The notes: a model not told the origin generated them from the sequence alone. Counted from the first letter of the stretch, positions 43,981-54,453 are shown. The stretch is DNA of 64,000 bases from Eubacteriales bacterium (GCA_045594745.1 JAZNZC010000153.1:4941-68940), one strand, 5' to 3'. Program-made: numbers and translations.

Positions 43981-44008
43981 TTGACATTCTAAAAAAATAT
44001 TGTATAAT
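43981..44008 (+). promoter_or_regulatory. Putative promoter of the nusB operon
   Basis: TTGACA-16 nt-TATAAT. Confidence 0.5.
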
Positions 44009-44087
44009 AATATAAGATGGGTTATTATGTGGTATTGTGCCCTTTATGACAAGATGTGCCCCAAATGGGAGAAAGGAATTGCAAGCA

Positions 44088-44507
44088 ATGGCAGCAATTA
44101 CAAGAAAAGAAGCAAGAGCCGAGGTCTTTCACCTGCTTTTTGAGACCGAATTTCATACCGAGGTATCTCCTGAGGAGATCTATGCACTCTCTCGCGAGGA
44201 TCGCGAGTTCGTTGATGATGCATACATCCGCCGCGTATACTTCGGTGTCAGAGAACATCTTGACGAGATCGACGAAATCATGGCGCGTCACTCCAACGGT
44301 TGGAAGCCGAGTCGCATCACCCCCGTATCTCGCAGTGCCATTCGTCTGTGTATCTTTGAAATGAAATATATGGACGATATTCCTGCGGCGGTTTCTATCA
44401 ACGAGGCTATTGAGCTTGTCAAGACCTATGACGATCCCAAAATGCGTACCTTCGTCAACGGCGTTCTGCATGGCGCAAAGGTAGAATTGGAAGTGGCGGC
44501 AGAATAA
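44088..44507 (+). CDS. nusB: Transcription antitermination factor NusB
   Basis: TRKEARAEVFHLLFETEF ... NEAIELVK..., NusB family. Start placed at MAAITRKE. Confidence 0.88.
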   Translation: MAAITRKEARAEVFHLLFETEFHTEVSPEEIYALSREDREFVDDAYIRRVYFGVREHLDEIDEIMARHSNGWKPSRITPVSRSAIRLCIFEMKYMDDIPAAVSINEAIELVKTYDDPKMRTFVNGVLHGAKVELEVAAE

Positions 44508-45454
44508 TGACCGAATGCTTCATTGGCATCGATACCAGTAACTATACGACCTCGGCGGCGATCTGCACAAAAGATGGCGAGATCGTTGCCAATCTCAAAA
44601 TTCCGCTTCCTGTCAGGGCGGGCGAGTGTGGACTTCGTCAGAGTGATGCAGTTTTTGCACACGTTAAAAATCTGCCTGCCATTATGCAGAGTCTTAACAA
44701 AGAGCTCTCGGGAATGAAACCTCTTGCAATCGGCGTTTCTGCAACGCCAAGACCTGTTGAAGGCTCCTATATGCCGTGCTTTCTTTCGGGGATCGCTGCG
44801 GCAGAAAGCTTTGCGGCGGCGGTAGATATTCCGCTTTTGCGATTTTCACATCAAGAGGGACACATTATGGCGGCAACCTACTCGGCAAGAGCAATGCACC
44901 TGTTGGAGAGGGAACGGTTCGCAGCTTTTCACGTCTCAGGCGGAACGACCGAAGTTCTCCTTGCCACTCCGACCGCCCGTGGATTTGACATCGAGCTTTT
45001 CGCGGCGACTGCCGACATCAATGCAGGACAAGCCATCGACCGCATAGGCGTGATGCTTGGATTGCAATTTCCGTGCGGCAAAGAGCTCGAAAAGCTTGCC
45101 GAAAAGAATGATAAAAAGATTCCAAGGTCGCGCATATCCGTAAAGGACGGATACTGCAATCTTTCGGGGCTTGAAAATATGGCAACCAAGCTATTGCAAG
45201 AGAGTGGCGATGCTACTCTTGTTGCCGCGTTTACCCAACAGTTCATTGCAGAAACGCTCATTGCAATGACAAATGAGCTGGATGCACGCATCCCGTCGCT
45301 TCCGATCGTTTATGCGGGCGGCGTGATGAGCAACCGCTATCTGCAATCGCGCCTTGGCAAGAGGGAAAACACATATTTTGCTGAGCCGCAGTTTTCTGCG
45401 GATAATGCGGCAGGAATTGCTCTGCTTTGCCAAAAGCAGTTCCTCAAAATTTGA
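44507..45454 (+). CDS. Kae1/TsaD-family (ASKHA fold) protein, divergent paralogue
   Basis: IGIDTSNYTTS... N-terminus, an HQEGH metal-binding-like motif and an ADNAAGIA C-terminal motif. About 315 aa. It is not the canonical TsaD sequence pattern. Confidence 0.6.
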   Translation: MTECFIGIDTSNYTTSAAICTKDGEIVANLKIPLPVRAGECGLRQSDAVFAHVKNLPAIMQSLNKELSGMKPLAIGVSATPRPVEGSYMPCFLSGIAAAESFAAAVDIPLLRFSHQEGHIMAATYSARAMHLLERERFAAFHVSGGTTEVLLATPTARGFDIELFAATADINAGQAIDRIGVMLGLQFPCGKELEKLAEKNDKKIPRSRISVKDGYCNLSGLENMATKLLQESGDATLVAAFTQQFIAETLIAMTNELDARIPSLPIVYAGGVMSNRYLQSRLGKRENTYFAEPQFSADNAAGIALLCQKQFLKI

Positions 45455-45469
45455 CGAAAGGAGCGCACA

Positions 45470-46684
45470 ATGCAGCAGGAAAGACAAACGCTGTCGGTTA
45501 CACAACTGAATGAATATTTGAAAATGCTTCTCGATGGCGACCGTGTGCTTTCCAATGTGTTTGTGCGCGGTGAAATATCCAATTTTAAGCTCTATTTGTC
45601 GGGGCACGCTTATTTCACGCTCAAGGATGATGCAGGGCAACTCAAGTCTGTGATGTTCCGTTCCTACTTCTCGCGCCTGGTTTTTTTGCCCGAGGACGGT
45701 ATGCGTGTCATCGCCCATGGACGGGTTTCCGTGTATGAGAGCAGCGGACAGTATCAGCTTTATGTAGATGATCTTCAACCCGATGGCGCAGGTTCGCTTG
45801 CAATGCGCTTTGAACAGCTCAAACGCAAGCTCGCCGCCGAGGGATTGTTTGATGAATCCCGCAAGCGTCCGCTCCCGCCCATGCCGCGAAGAATTGGTGT
45901 TATCACATCTCCTTCAGGTGCGGCAGTGCATGATATCATCAACGTGCTTGGAAGACGGTTTCCTGCCGCTGAGATGATCCTTTACCCGAGCGAGGTGCAG
46001 GGAACACAAGCTCCCGCACAGCTCATTTCGGGCCTGGAGTTCTTCTCAATGACAGGGTTGGTTGATGTCATCATTCTCGGTCGCGGCGGTGGATCCGCCG
46101 AAGACCTTTGGGCCTTTAATGATGAATATTTGGCGCGTGCGGTCGCATCTTGTGCTGTTCCCGTTATTTCTGCCGTTGGGCACGAGAGCGACTTTACCAT
46201 TTGCGATTTTGTAGCAGACCGTCGCGCACCCACTCCCTCGGCGGCGGCAGAGATTGCCGTTCCCGATATGGGGGAGATTTTGCGTGGCTTTGCATCTGTC
46301 CGCGGAAAGATGCAGACATCGATGCAAAAGCTGATTTTGCAGGAGAGACGGATCTTGAACCAGATCGCGCAGTCGCGTGTATTCAGCCGTCCCGAACAAA
46401 TGCTGGATAACTTCCGTATGCGTTTGGATGAGCATGAAGCAGACTTGGATCGCGGAGTGGGGCAAGCGCTTTTGCAAAGAAAACAAACTGTCGCTTCGGT
46501 TGCCGGAAAATTGCAAGCGCTCAATCCCTTGTCTGTTTTGTCAAGAGGATATGCAACCATCAGCCGAGACGGCGCATCTATTACGAGTGTAAAACAAATC
46601 AACGATAACGACACGCTGGATATCCGAATGGCGGACGGTTCTGTTCGCGCCACGGTATCGCAACGAAAGGATATACAAAAATGA
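45470..46684 (+). CDS. xseA: Exodeoxyribonuclease VII large subunit
   Basis: OB-fold N-terminus (V.GEISNFK...SGH.YFTLKD), the catalytic region, and a 4-nt overlap with xseB. Confidence 0.93.
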   Translation: MQQERQTLSVTQLNEYLKMLLDGDRVLSNVFVRGEISNFKLYLSGHAYFTLKDDAGQLKSVMFRSYFSRLVFLPEDGMRVIAHGRVSVYESSGQYQLYVDDLQPDGAGSLAMRFEQLKRKLAAEGLFDESRKRPLPPMPRRIGVITSPSGAAVHDIINVLGRRFPAAEMILYPSEVQGTQAPAQLISGLEFFSMTGLVDVIILGRGGGSAEDLWAFNDEYLARAVASCAVPVISAVGHESDFTICDFVADRRAPTPSAAAEIAVPDMGEILRGFASVRGKMQTSMQKLILQERRILNQIAQSRVFSRPEQMLDNFRMRLDEHEADLDRGVGQALLQRKQTVASVAGKLQALNPLSVLSRGYATISRDGASITSVKQINDNDTLDIRMADGSVRATVSQRKDIQK

Positions 46685-46920
46685 CGAAAAAAACAGTAAC
46701 CTTTGAGGCGGCAATGGAACGCCTCGAGGAGATAACAAGACTTCTGGAGTCGGGCGCCGAAGGGCTTGACCAATCCCTCAAACTTTACGAAGAGGGTGTC
46801 TCGCTCATTCGTCTCTGCACTCAAAAATTGGAGTCTGCCGAGCAAAGCGTAAAGATTTTGCAGATGGGCGAAGAGGGGATAACCCTTGCCGATTTTGAAA
46901 GCAAAGGTGACAAGGCATGA
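46681..46920 (+). CDS. xseB: Exodeoxyribonuclease VII small subunit
   Basis: 79 aa. FEAAMERLEEITRLLESG...LDQSLKLYEEG is the XseB signature. Confidence 0.9.
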   Translation: MTKKTVTFEAAMERLEEITRLLESGAEGLDQSLKLYEEGVSLIRLCTQKLESAEQSVKILQMGEEGITLADFESKGDKA

Positions 46921-47807
46921 TAAGTGAGGCTTTGGAGCTTTTGATGCATCGTAACGCGGTTCTGACCGAGGATGCTTTACGTGGGTATTATACAGATGAT
47001 CCTGACTTAAAAATCCTGTTAGATGCTGAACGATACAGCCTTTTTGCAGGTGGCAAGCGTATCCGTCCAATGCTCACCATCGAGTTCTGCCGTTTGTTTG
47101 GCGGCGACGAGGCCGCGGCTCTGCCGTTTGCTTGCGCTGTGGAAATGATCCACACATATTCGCTCATTCACGACGATCTTCCTTGTATGGATGACGATGA
47201 TCTTCGTCGAGGTAAGCCTTGCAACCACAAGGTTTTTGGTGAGGGGATGGCTCTTCTCGCCGGAGATGCGCTTTTGACGGGGGCATTCGAGGCGGCGGCA
47301 ACAAATACAGAGGCGGGCCCAGAGATCTCCGCTATGGCTGTGGCATATCTTGCAGGCTGTGCCGGACGCTACGGTATGATCGGCGGTCAAGTTATGGACG
47401 TTGAGGGTGAGGGAAAAGAAATGGGGCTCGAATCCCTTCTCAAGCTTCACTCACTCAAAACAGGCGCATTGATCGGTGCATCCTGTGTGCTTGGCGCGCT
47501 CGCGGCAGGCGTGCGCTTTGATAACCCCGCAATGGCAGATGTTGTCACCTACTCCGAAAATATTGGTTTGGTTTTCCAGATCATTGATGATATTCTCGAT
47601 GCCACCGCCACCGAGGAACAGCTCGGCAAAAGCGTTGGTGGCGACAAAGAACGCAAAAAGAACACGTTTCTCAATTTCTATTCGGTGGAGGAAGCGCGTT
47701 TTTATGCGGAACAACTGACTCGCGAGGCTGTTGCAGCCATCAAAAAGTATCCCGACTCCGATGCACTTGCTTCATTGGCAGAGTGGCTTCTTGTACGTGA
47801 CAAATAA
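46917..47807 (+). CDS. ispA: Polyprenyl (farnesyl/geranylgeranyl) diphosphate synthase
   Basis: FARM LIHDDLPCMDDDDLRRG and SARM QIIDDILD motifs. Confidence 0.85.
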   Translation: MISEALELLMHRNAVLTEDALRGYYTDDPDLKILLDAERYSLFAGGKRIRPMLTIEFCRLFGGDEAAALPFACAVEMIHTYSLIHDDLPCMDDDDLRRGKPCNHKVFGEGMALLAGDALLTGAFEAAATNTEAGPEISAMAVAYLAGCAGRYGMIGGQVMDVEGEGKEMGLESLLKLHSLKTGALIGASCVLGALAAGVRFDNPAMADVVTYSENIGLVFQIIDDILDATATEEQLGKSVGGDKERKKNTFLNFYSVEEARFYAEQLTREAVAAIKKYPDSDALASLAEWLLVRDK

Positions 47808-47828
47808 AGAAAGAAAAGGAATAAGAAA

Positions 47829-48299
47829 ATGCAAGATTTGATTACGAACTACTACCTTATATCGGCTATGTCCGCGTGGCTCTTGGCGCAGTTCCTCAAA
47901 ATCTTTACCGGCTTTTTCAAGGAACAGAAGTTTTCCTTCAAAACATTGTTTTTTGGAACGGGTGGAATGCCCAGCTCGCACACGGCAACGGTTGCGGCTC
48001 TTTGCACCGCCTGTGCCATAGGAGAAGGCTTTGATTCGGCTATCTTTGCCATTTCAGTCGTGCTTGCTATCATCGTAATGATCGATGCTACGGGTGTTCG
48101 TCGCGAAACCGGAAAGCAGTCTCGTGCACTTAACATTATCATAGAGGAACTTTTCAAATCCGATGATAAAAATTTTGACACACGTTTTAAGGAGCTCATC
48201 GGTCATACTCCTTTGCAGGTCGTCTTTGGGTTTATTACAGGAATGGCTACCGCAATCGCACTTTCTTTCATTCCCGTATTCAACGTATCCATCTTATGA
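47829..48299 (+). CDS. Divergent PAP2-family membrane protein (DUF212)
   Basis: GGMPSSHTA ... DATGVRR motifs and about 4 TM helices. Confidence 0.75.
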   Translation: MQDLITNYYLISAMSAWLLAQFLKIFTGFFKEQKFSFKTLFFGTGGMPSSHTATVAALCTACAIGEGFDSAIFAISVVLAIIVMIDATGVRRETGKQSRALNIIIEELFKSDDKNFDTRFKELIGHTPLQVVFGFITGMATAIALSFIPVFNVSIL

Positions 48300-49084
48300 G
48301 AGCAGACCTTTTTTTGACCGAAAAAGGATATGCTCCCAGCCGTAAAAAAGCACAGATGTTGATTGACGAGGGAAAAGTATCTATCGACGGTCGCATTGTG
48401 CAAAAGGCGGCGCAGCAGATAGATGACGGAGAGCATACCGTCCTTGTGGCACTTAGCGATGAGGTGCGCTATGTCGGTCGCGGCGGTTTGAAGCTGGAAG
48501 CGGCACTTGATGCCTTTGACATTGATCCAAAAGGGAAAATCGCTCTCGATATCGGCGCATCCACGGGCGGATTTACCGATTGCCTTTTGCAACGCGGTGC
48601 CCAAAAGGTTTACGCTATTGATGCGGGTGTGGGACAACTCTCTGCAAGCTTGCTTACCAATCCCGCTGTCGTTTCCATAGAAAAGTTGAACGCACGAAAT
48701 CTTTCTCCCGAGCATATCGATAACACGCTTGCAGATTTGATCGTGATGGACGTTTCTTTTATTTCCGCAACCTATATTATCCCGCGTTTTCCCGCGCTGA
48801 TGGCAGAGGATGGCGAGGCCGTTTGCCTTGTCAAGCCGCAATTTGAGGTAGGGAGAGCGATGATCGGCAAAGGCGGTATCGTGCGCGACAGAGCCGCACA
48901 CGCCGATGCTATCAAACGGGTATGCACATCAGCCGAGAGCGTAGGACTTCGTCCGACTGCGCTCATTCCGTCACCTATCGAAGGCGGCGATGGCAACCGT
49001 GAATTTTTATTGCATCTTGTGCGTAAAGACGCACACGGTCAGGTGCTTTCGGATGAACAAATTTTTGAAGTAACAGCAAAGTAA
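48296..49084 (+). CDS. tlyA: TlyA-family rRNA (cytidine-2'-O)-methyltransferase
   Basis: S4 N-domain, GGLKLEAAL and DIGASTGGFTDCLLQRGA (FtsJ fold). Confidence 0.88.
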   Translation: MRADLFLTEKGYAPSRKKAQMLIDEGKVSIDGRIVQKAAQQIDDGEHTVLVALSDEVRYVGRGGLKLEAALDAFDIDPKGKIALDIGASTGGFTDCLLQRGAQKVYAIDAGVGQLSASLLTNPAVVSIEKLNARNLSPEHIDNTLADLIVMDVSFISATYIIPRFPALMAEDGEAVCLVKPQFEVGRAMIGKGGIVRDRAAHADAIKRVCTSAESVGLRPTALIPSPIEGGDGNREFLLHLVRKDAHGQVLSDEQIFEVTAK

Positions 49085-49105
49085 TAGCATGAGGAGGCGA
49101 TAACA

Positions 49106-49984
49106 GTGCTAAAAATTGCATTGATCACCAATTTTAATATTCCCGAAAAGGCGAATGCCGCCACGGTTGTGGCAGACCGCTTGCAGGGCAAGGATTGCCG
49201 CATTCTCGTTGCCGCTTTCAACAAAGAAAAGCTGATGCGCGTTGGTAAGCATCGCGACGAGTTTGTGTATATGCCACTGGAAGCTGTCTATTCCGAAGCC
49301 GATATCATCATCGTTTTGGGAGGTGACGGGACCATCCTTGAGGTGGCGCGTCGCGCGGCAAACCGCGGAACCCCCATTCTTGGTATCAATCTTGGCAGAC
49401 TCGGATATATGGCAGAGCTTGAAATGTCGGGACTTGACGGCCTTGATGAGCTCTTTACGGGGAACTATACGCTTGACCGTCGTTCAATGCTGCGTGTTGA
49501 ACTGTTTTCGGGCAATGAGCTTCGCTCCTTCTGTTATGCACTCAATGATGCCGTTATTTCAAACGGCTCGATTTCGCGCATTGTGGATTTAGAGCTTTTG
49601 CAGGGCGGCAAGCACGTAGCAAATTATCGTGCCGACGGCCTCATCATTGCAACTCCCACAGGTTCGACGGCTTATTCGATGTCGGCGGGCGGCGCTGTGG
49701 TCGATCCCGCTGTGCCTTGCTTCTGTGTCACGCCCATCTGTCCACACTCCTTTGGCGCACGTCCTTTGATATTCGCAGATAGTACAGTGCTCGAGGTTCG
49801 CAATACGTGCGCGAGAGAAAAGATGCTTTACTTGACCGTTGACGGTCGTATGAATTTTGAACTTTACCGTAACCAAACGGTTCGCATTACAAAATCCGAT
49901 CTCAAAACCAATCTCATCCGCCTGACGCCCAGCAGCTTTTACAGCAATTTACGCGCCAAGATGAGATCGAATCAGATCGACTAA
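49106..49984 (+). CDS. nadK: NAD kinase
   Basis: The GGDGT motif context GGDGTILEVAR ... GINLGRLGY... ; GTG start after a GAGGAGG SD. Confidence 0.9.
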   Translation: MLKIALITNFNIPEKANAATVVADRLQGKDCRILVAAFNKEKLMRVGKHRDEFVYMPLEAVYSEADIIIVLGGDGTILEVARRAANRGTPILGINLGRLGYMAELEMSGLDGLDELFTGNYTLDRRSMLRVELFSGNELRSFCYALNDAVISNGSISRIVDLELLQGGKHVANYRADGLIIATPTGSTAYSMSAGGAVVDPAVPCFCVTPICPHSFGARPLIFADSTVLEVRNTCAREKMLYLTVDGRMNFELYRNQTVRITKSDLKTNLIRLTPSSFYSNLRAKMRSNQID

Positions 49985-49994
49985 GGAGGACGAT

Positions 49995-50444
49995 ATGAAA
50001 AGACTTCGTCAGGAAAAAATGTTGGAGCTGATCTCCAAATATGAAATTGACACACAGGATGAACTGATCGATCGCTTGCGCGAGAGTGGCTTTGAGGTCA
50101 CACAGGCAACCGTCTCCCGCGATATCCGCGAACTTAAAATTTCCAAAATGACCACGGGCAGGGGTACATATCGTTATGTTCTTCCCAAGCAAACGGCAAC
50201 TACTTCCAATATGAAGTTTAATTCTGCGCTGATCGATGCACTTATCCATGTCGATTACGCCTGCAATATTGTTGTTCTCAAAACTCATGCAGGTCTTGCG
50301 AACGCAGTTGCTGTTGGTCTTGACTCGATGCACCTGGAAAATATTCTGGGTTGCGTTGCAGGAGACGATACCATTCTGCTTGTTTCGCGCAGCGAGGATG
50401 CCGCACACAAGATTGCAGAACGCTTCCGTGATATGATCAGATAA
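49995..50444 (+). CDS. argR: Arginine repressor
   Basis: 149 aa. Winged-helix N-terminus (QATVSRDIRELK) and GTIAGDDT-like C-terminus (GCVAGDDTILLV). Confidence 0.9.
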   Translation: MKRLRQEKMLELISKYEIDTQDELIDRLRESGFEVTQATVSRDIRELKISKMTTGRGTYRYVLPKQTATTSNMKFNSALIDALIHVDYACNIVVLKTHAGLANAVAVGLDSMHLENILGCVAGDDTILLVSRSEDAAHKIAERFRDMIR

Positions 50445-50453
50445 AAAGCAAAG

Positions 50454-52121
50454 ATGCTAACGTCACTACATATTGAAAACATAGCTGTCATTCGACGGGC
50501 TGATTTAGACCTTGAAAAGGGGTTCTCGGCTCTGACGGGTGAAACGGGAGCAGGTAAATCGATGATCGTTGATAGCATCAACCTGCTCCTTGGCAATCGA
50601 ACCTCGCGAGAGATCATTCGCTCGGGCGAGACGAGTGCCATGGTCAGTGCTGTTTTTGAGGAACTTTCAGATGTCGCCATCGAGCAAATCCGCGAGATGG
50701 GCTTTGACGTTGAGGATGCCTCTGTGATGCTTTCGCGTACCATCACGATCGACGGTCGCTCACAAACGCGCCTGAACGGTCGCATCATCACACAAGCGAT
50801 ACAAAAAGAGATCGCACGGTTGCTCATCAGTATCCAAGGGCAAGCGGATAGTCAAAATCTCTTGCAAAAGAGCCGTCACCGCGAGCTTCTTGATGCATAC
50901 GGCACTTCAAAAGATGCACTTGCCGACTACCGAACCGCCTTTGAAGAGCTGAAAGCGTGTCGCAAAGAGGTACAGGCACTCTCACAGGATAGTGCCGAAA
51001 AGCTGCGTCTTTCCGAAATGCTCAAATACCAAATTGAAGATATCGACGCTATGAAGCTCAAGGATGGGGAAGAGGAAACGCTCATGCGTGAGCGCGACCG
51101 CCTTGCAAATCTTGAACGCATCAACAAGCAAACAGCCACGATTTGCCGTCTTTTGCGAGACTCCGAAAAGGGAAATGCTTACGATGTTATCCGCCGTGCA
51201 GAAACCTTGTTGCAGTCGTTGAACGGTCTTGTCGATGATACCGACACACTCTCTTCGCGTCTCGCCTTTGCCGCATCCGAAATCGAGGATGTTGCCGAGA
51301 CGGTTCGTTCTTATATGGATGATGATCACGAGGATCCCACCGCGCGCATCGACCGCATTGAAGGTCGCCTTGAGGGAATCGCAAAACTCAAACGCAAATA
51401 CGGCGCCGATGTTGCGGCTGTCCTTGCTTTTCGTGCAGATGCCGCCGCGCGATTGGATGCTTTAGAAACCTCTGACGAGCGTCTGTCTGCTTTGCAAAAG
51501 CAGGTTGAAAAGCTCACTAAAATTGCCGAAAAGCACGCAACCGTTTTGAGACAGAAACGAAAAGAAGCCGCAAAAGAAATTGTTAAGCAAGTTACAGAGT
51601 CGCTCTCTTTCTTGGATATGCCCAAGGTTCGCTTTGAAATTGCTATCAATCCCACCGACCTTTGTGAACACGGCGGCGACGATATTGAATTTTTGATTGC
51701 GACCAACCCCGGCGAGCCGCTAATGCCGCTTTCTAAAATTGCTTCGGGCGGTGAGCTTTCCCGTATTATGCTCGCGCTTCGCTCGGTTCTCAACGATCAC
51801 GACGGCGTTGATACTGTCATTTTTGATGAGATCGATACCGGCGTGTCCGGAAAAACCTCGCGAAAGATCGGCATTAAGCTCAGAGAGACCGCCAAAACGG
51901 GAACACAGGTGCTCTGTGTTACGCACTCCGCGCAGATCGCGTCTCTTGCCGATAATCACTATCGCATTACCAAACACGAGCGCGATGGCAGAGCAGAAAC
52001 CGATGTTCTGCTTCTCGGCGATGACGAACGCGTAGACGAAATTGCGCGTATTCTAGGTAGCATTGAGCCTACCGCCGCACAGCGCAACGCCGCGCGCGAG
52101 ATGATAGAGGAATACAGATAA
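50454..52121 (+). CDS. recN: DNA repair protein RecN
   Basis: SMC-like protein with Walker A GETGAGKS, a coiled-coil middle, the signature SGGELSR and Walker B VIFDEIDTG. Confidence 0.95.
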   Translation: MLTSLHIENIAVIRRADLDLEKGFSALTGETGAGKSMIVDSINLLLGNRTSREIIRSGETSAMVSAVFEELSDVAIEQIREMGFDVEDASVMLSRTITIDGRSQTRLNGRIITQAIQKEIARLLISIQGQADSQNLLQKSRHRELLDAYGTSKDALADYRTAFEELKACRKEVQALSQDSAEKLRLSEMLKYQIEDIDAMKLKDGEEETLMRERDRLANLERINKQTATICRLLRDSEKGNAYDVIRRAETLLQSLNGLVDDTDTLSSRLAFAASEIEDVAETVRSYMDDDHEDPTARIDRIEGRLEGIAKLKRKYGADVAAVLAFRADAAARLDALETSDERLSALQKQVEKLTKIAEKHATVLRQKRKEAAKEIVKQVTESLSFLDMPKVRFEIAINPTDLCEHGGDDIEFLIATNPGEPLMPLSKIASGGELSRIMLALRSVLNDHDGVDTVIFDEIDTGVSGKTSRKIGIKLRETAKTGTQVLCVTHSAQIASLADNHYRITKHERDGRAETDVLLLGDDERVDEIARILGSIEPTAAQRNAAREMIEEYR

Positions 52122-52122
52122 T

Positions 52123-52596
52123 ATGCAAAAAACAAACGCGATGCGGCGCTTGGATGCCGCAAAAATTCCTTATGAGGTGCTCGAATACGAGGTTGACGAA
52201 AATGACCTTTCGGGTATGCACATTGCAGAGCAGCTTGGATTTCCGCCCGAGCAAATGTTCAAAACACTTGTGGCAAAAGGAGATAAAACAGGCCCCTTGG
52301 TCTTTTGTATCCCTGTTGCCGAGGAGATCGATCTGCGCCGCGCCGCAAGTATTACGGGAAACAAACGCATTGAAATGATCCACGTTAAGGATCTTTTGGC
52401 TCTTACAGGTTACATCCGCGGTGGCGTTTCACCCATCGGGATGAAAAAGACTTTTCCCACATACATTCACGAAAGTGCTCTGCAGTTTGAGCGTATCACG
52501 GTCAGCTCCGGTACGCGTGGTGCACAGCTTTTGCTCCCACGAGCCGAACTTTTGCAGTTTTTGTGTGCAAAAACTGCTGATCTTACCGCAAAATAA
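52123..52596 (+). CDS. ybaK: Cys-tRNA(Pro)/Cys-tRNA(Cys) deacylase YbaK
   Basis: 157 aa. ...MFKTLV...GYIRGGVSPIG... is the YbaK/EbsC family. Confidence 0.85.
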   Translation: MQKTNAMRRLDAAKIPYEVLEYEVDENDLSGMHIAEQLGFPPEQMFKTLVAKGDKTGPLVFCIPVAEEIDLRRAASITGNKRIEMIHVKDLLALTGYIRGGVSPIGMKKTFPTYIHESALQFERITVSSGTRGAQLLLPRAELLQFLCAKTADLTAK

Positions 52597-52608
52597 TCAT
52601 ATTTATAC

Positions 52609-52637
52609 TTGAAACCCAACCAATTTTGTTGTATAAT
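52609..52637 (+). promoter_or_regulatory. Putative promoter of argS
   Basis: TTGAAA-17 nt-TATAAT. Confidence 0.55.
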
Positions 52638-52670
52638 ATTACAGTTGACTAAAAATAGAAAGGATTTTCT

Positions 52671-54404
52671 ATGCAAACCATTAAATTACGTATTGCCGAA
52701 AAAATCGCATCTGCAGTTCTCGCAATCAATGCCGAGGCACAACTCAATGCACAAGACGTTGCCGCTATGCTCGAGTATCCGCCCGATAGCAATATGGGCG
52801 ATATTGCATTTCCTTGCTTCCGTTTGAGCAAGGCTCTGCGCCGCTCTCCTGTGCAGATCGCAACTGCTCTTACAGAGCTTTTGAATGACTCCGCAATAGA
52901 TACCGTTGAAGCCGTTAACGGATATCTGAATATTAAAATCAGCAACACCTATCTTGCAGAGAGTGTGCTTCCGGAAATCCTTGTTAAAAAAGAGAATTAC
53001 GGTGCACAAGATTTTGGAAAAGGGAAAACCGTTGTTTTGGATTATTCCTCTCCCAATCTTGCAAAGCCCTTCCATATAGGGCATCTTGGTACTACCGTAA
53101 TCGGCCATTCTATCAAGAAGCTCCACGAGTTTGCAGGCTACCGTTGTGTAGGTATCAACTATATTGGTGACTGGGGTACGCAGTTTGGCAAACTGATTGT
53201 TGCTTATAAGAAGTGGGGCAATAAAGAAGAAGTAGAAAACGGCGGTGTAGATGCGTTGGTAGATTTGTATGTACGCATTAACAATGCTATTTCCGGTAAC
53301 GAGGAAATGGGTATTGTTGCTGATCCCTCGCTTGCAGACGAAGCAAGAGCCGAATTCCACAAAATGGAGATGGGTGACGAAGAAAATCTTGCTCTTTGGC
53401 GCTGGCTCGTAAAACTCTCCATTAAAGCAAACGATAAGATTTATCAACAGCTTGGTATCACCTTTGATAGCTATAAGGGTGAAAGCAGTTACACCGAGGA
53501 TATGCCCGCTCAAATTGAAAAGCTCAGAGAGCAGGGATTGCTCAAAATCGATGACGGAGCATCTTTGGTTGATTTGAGCGAATACGGAATGCCGCCGTGC
53601 TTGATTTTGAAGCGCGATGGTTCTTCTTTGTATCCTACCCGTGATATCGCCGCTGCTTATGATAGAAAGCAATTATACGATTTTGATAAATGCATTTACG
53701 TTACGAGCACCCAACAAATTCTTCACTTTAAGCAGTGGTATAAGGTTGTTGAATTGATGGGCTATGATTGGTATGATAAACTCGTTCACGTTCCTTATGG
53801 TACTGTATCCATTAACGGAGCTAAATTGGCTACCAGAACAGGCAACGTTGTTCTTCTGAAAGACCTTTTTGAAGCGGCAGTTGAAAAAGTAAAAGGTATT
53901 ATGGAAGAAAAGAACCCCAATCTTGAAAATAAAGAAGAAGTGGCCGAAGCCATTGGCGTTGGTGCTATCGTCTTCTATTATCTTACCAATAATCGTATTA
54001 AGGACATCAACTTCAGCCTTGAGGAAGCGCTCAGTTTTGAAGGCAACACAGGTCCTTACGTGCAATATACCTACGCACGCGCTTGCTCGGTATTGAATCG
54101 TGCGGGTGAGGTCGCAGATGTTCCTGTTCAAATTACGACCGAAGAAGAAGCCGCACTCGTTAAAACGCTGTGCCGCTTTGGTGAGAGAGTTTGCTCGGCG
54201 ATCGCCGATTATGAACCCAGCTACATTACACGCTTCATTCTCGACGTTGCCGCGGAATTCACCCGCTTCTATCACAACTGCACCATTCTCGGTGCTGACG
54301 ATCCTGCCATGCGCGCTTCTCGCGTAAAGTTGACCGAGGCTACCAAGATCGTTCTCGGCAACGCCTTTGATCTGATCTGTTTGAAAAAGACAGAAAAGGT
54401 CTGA
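52671..54404 (+). CDS. argS: Arginine--tRNA ligase
   Basis: The class I HIGH region reads SSPNLAKPFHIGHL. Also has an Arg_tRNA_synt_N domain and a DALR anticodon-binding C-terminus. 577 aa. Confidence 0.95.
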   Translation: MQTIKLRIAEKIASAVLAINAEAQLNAQDVAAMLEYPPDSNMGDIAFPCFRLSKALRRSPVQIATALTELLNDSAIDTVEAVNGYLNIKISNTYLAESVLPEILVKKENYGAQDFGKGKTVVLDYSSPNLAKPFHIGHLGTTVIGHSIKKLHEFAGYRCVGINYIGDWGTQFGKLIVAYKKWGNKEEVENGGVDALVDLYVRINNAISGNEEMGIVADPSLADEARAEFHKMEMGDEENLALWRWLVKLSIKANDKIYQQLGITFDSYKGESSYTEDMPAQIEKLREQGLLKIDDGASLVDLSEYGMPPCLILKRDGSSLYPTRDIAAAYDRKQLYDFDKCIYVTSTQQILHFKQWYKVVELMGYDWYDKLVHVPYGTVSINGAKLATRTGNVVLLKDLFEAAVEKVKGIMEEKNPNLENKEEVAEAIGVGAIVFYYLTNNRIKDINFSLEEALSFEGNTGPYVQYTYARACSVLNRAGEVADVPVQITTEEEAALVKTLCRFGERVCSAIADYEPSYITRFILDVAAEFTRFYHNCTILGADDPAMRASRVKLTEATKIVLGNAFDLICLKKTEKV

Positions 54405-54453
54405 TCACTTTGTTTTCAATAATTATTTCTATATATCGAAAGGATGAATCATT

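Noticed and set aside
52597-52670. Looked for a T-box or other leader upstream of argS
   Set aside because: Only 74 nt are available, and a promoter occupies most of them. There is no T-box sequence or terminator.
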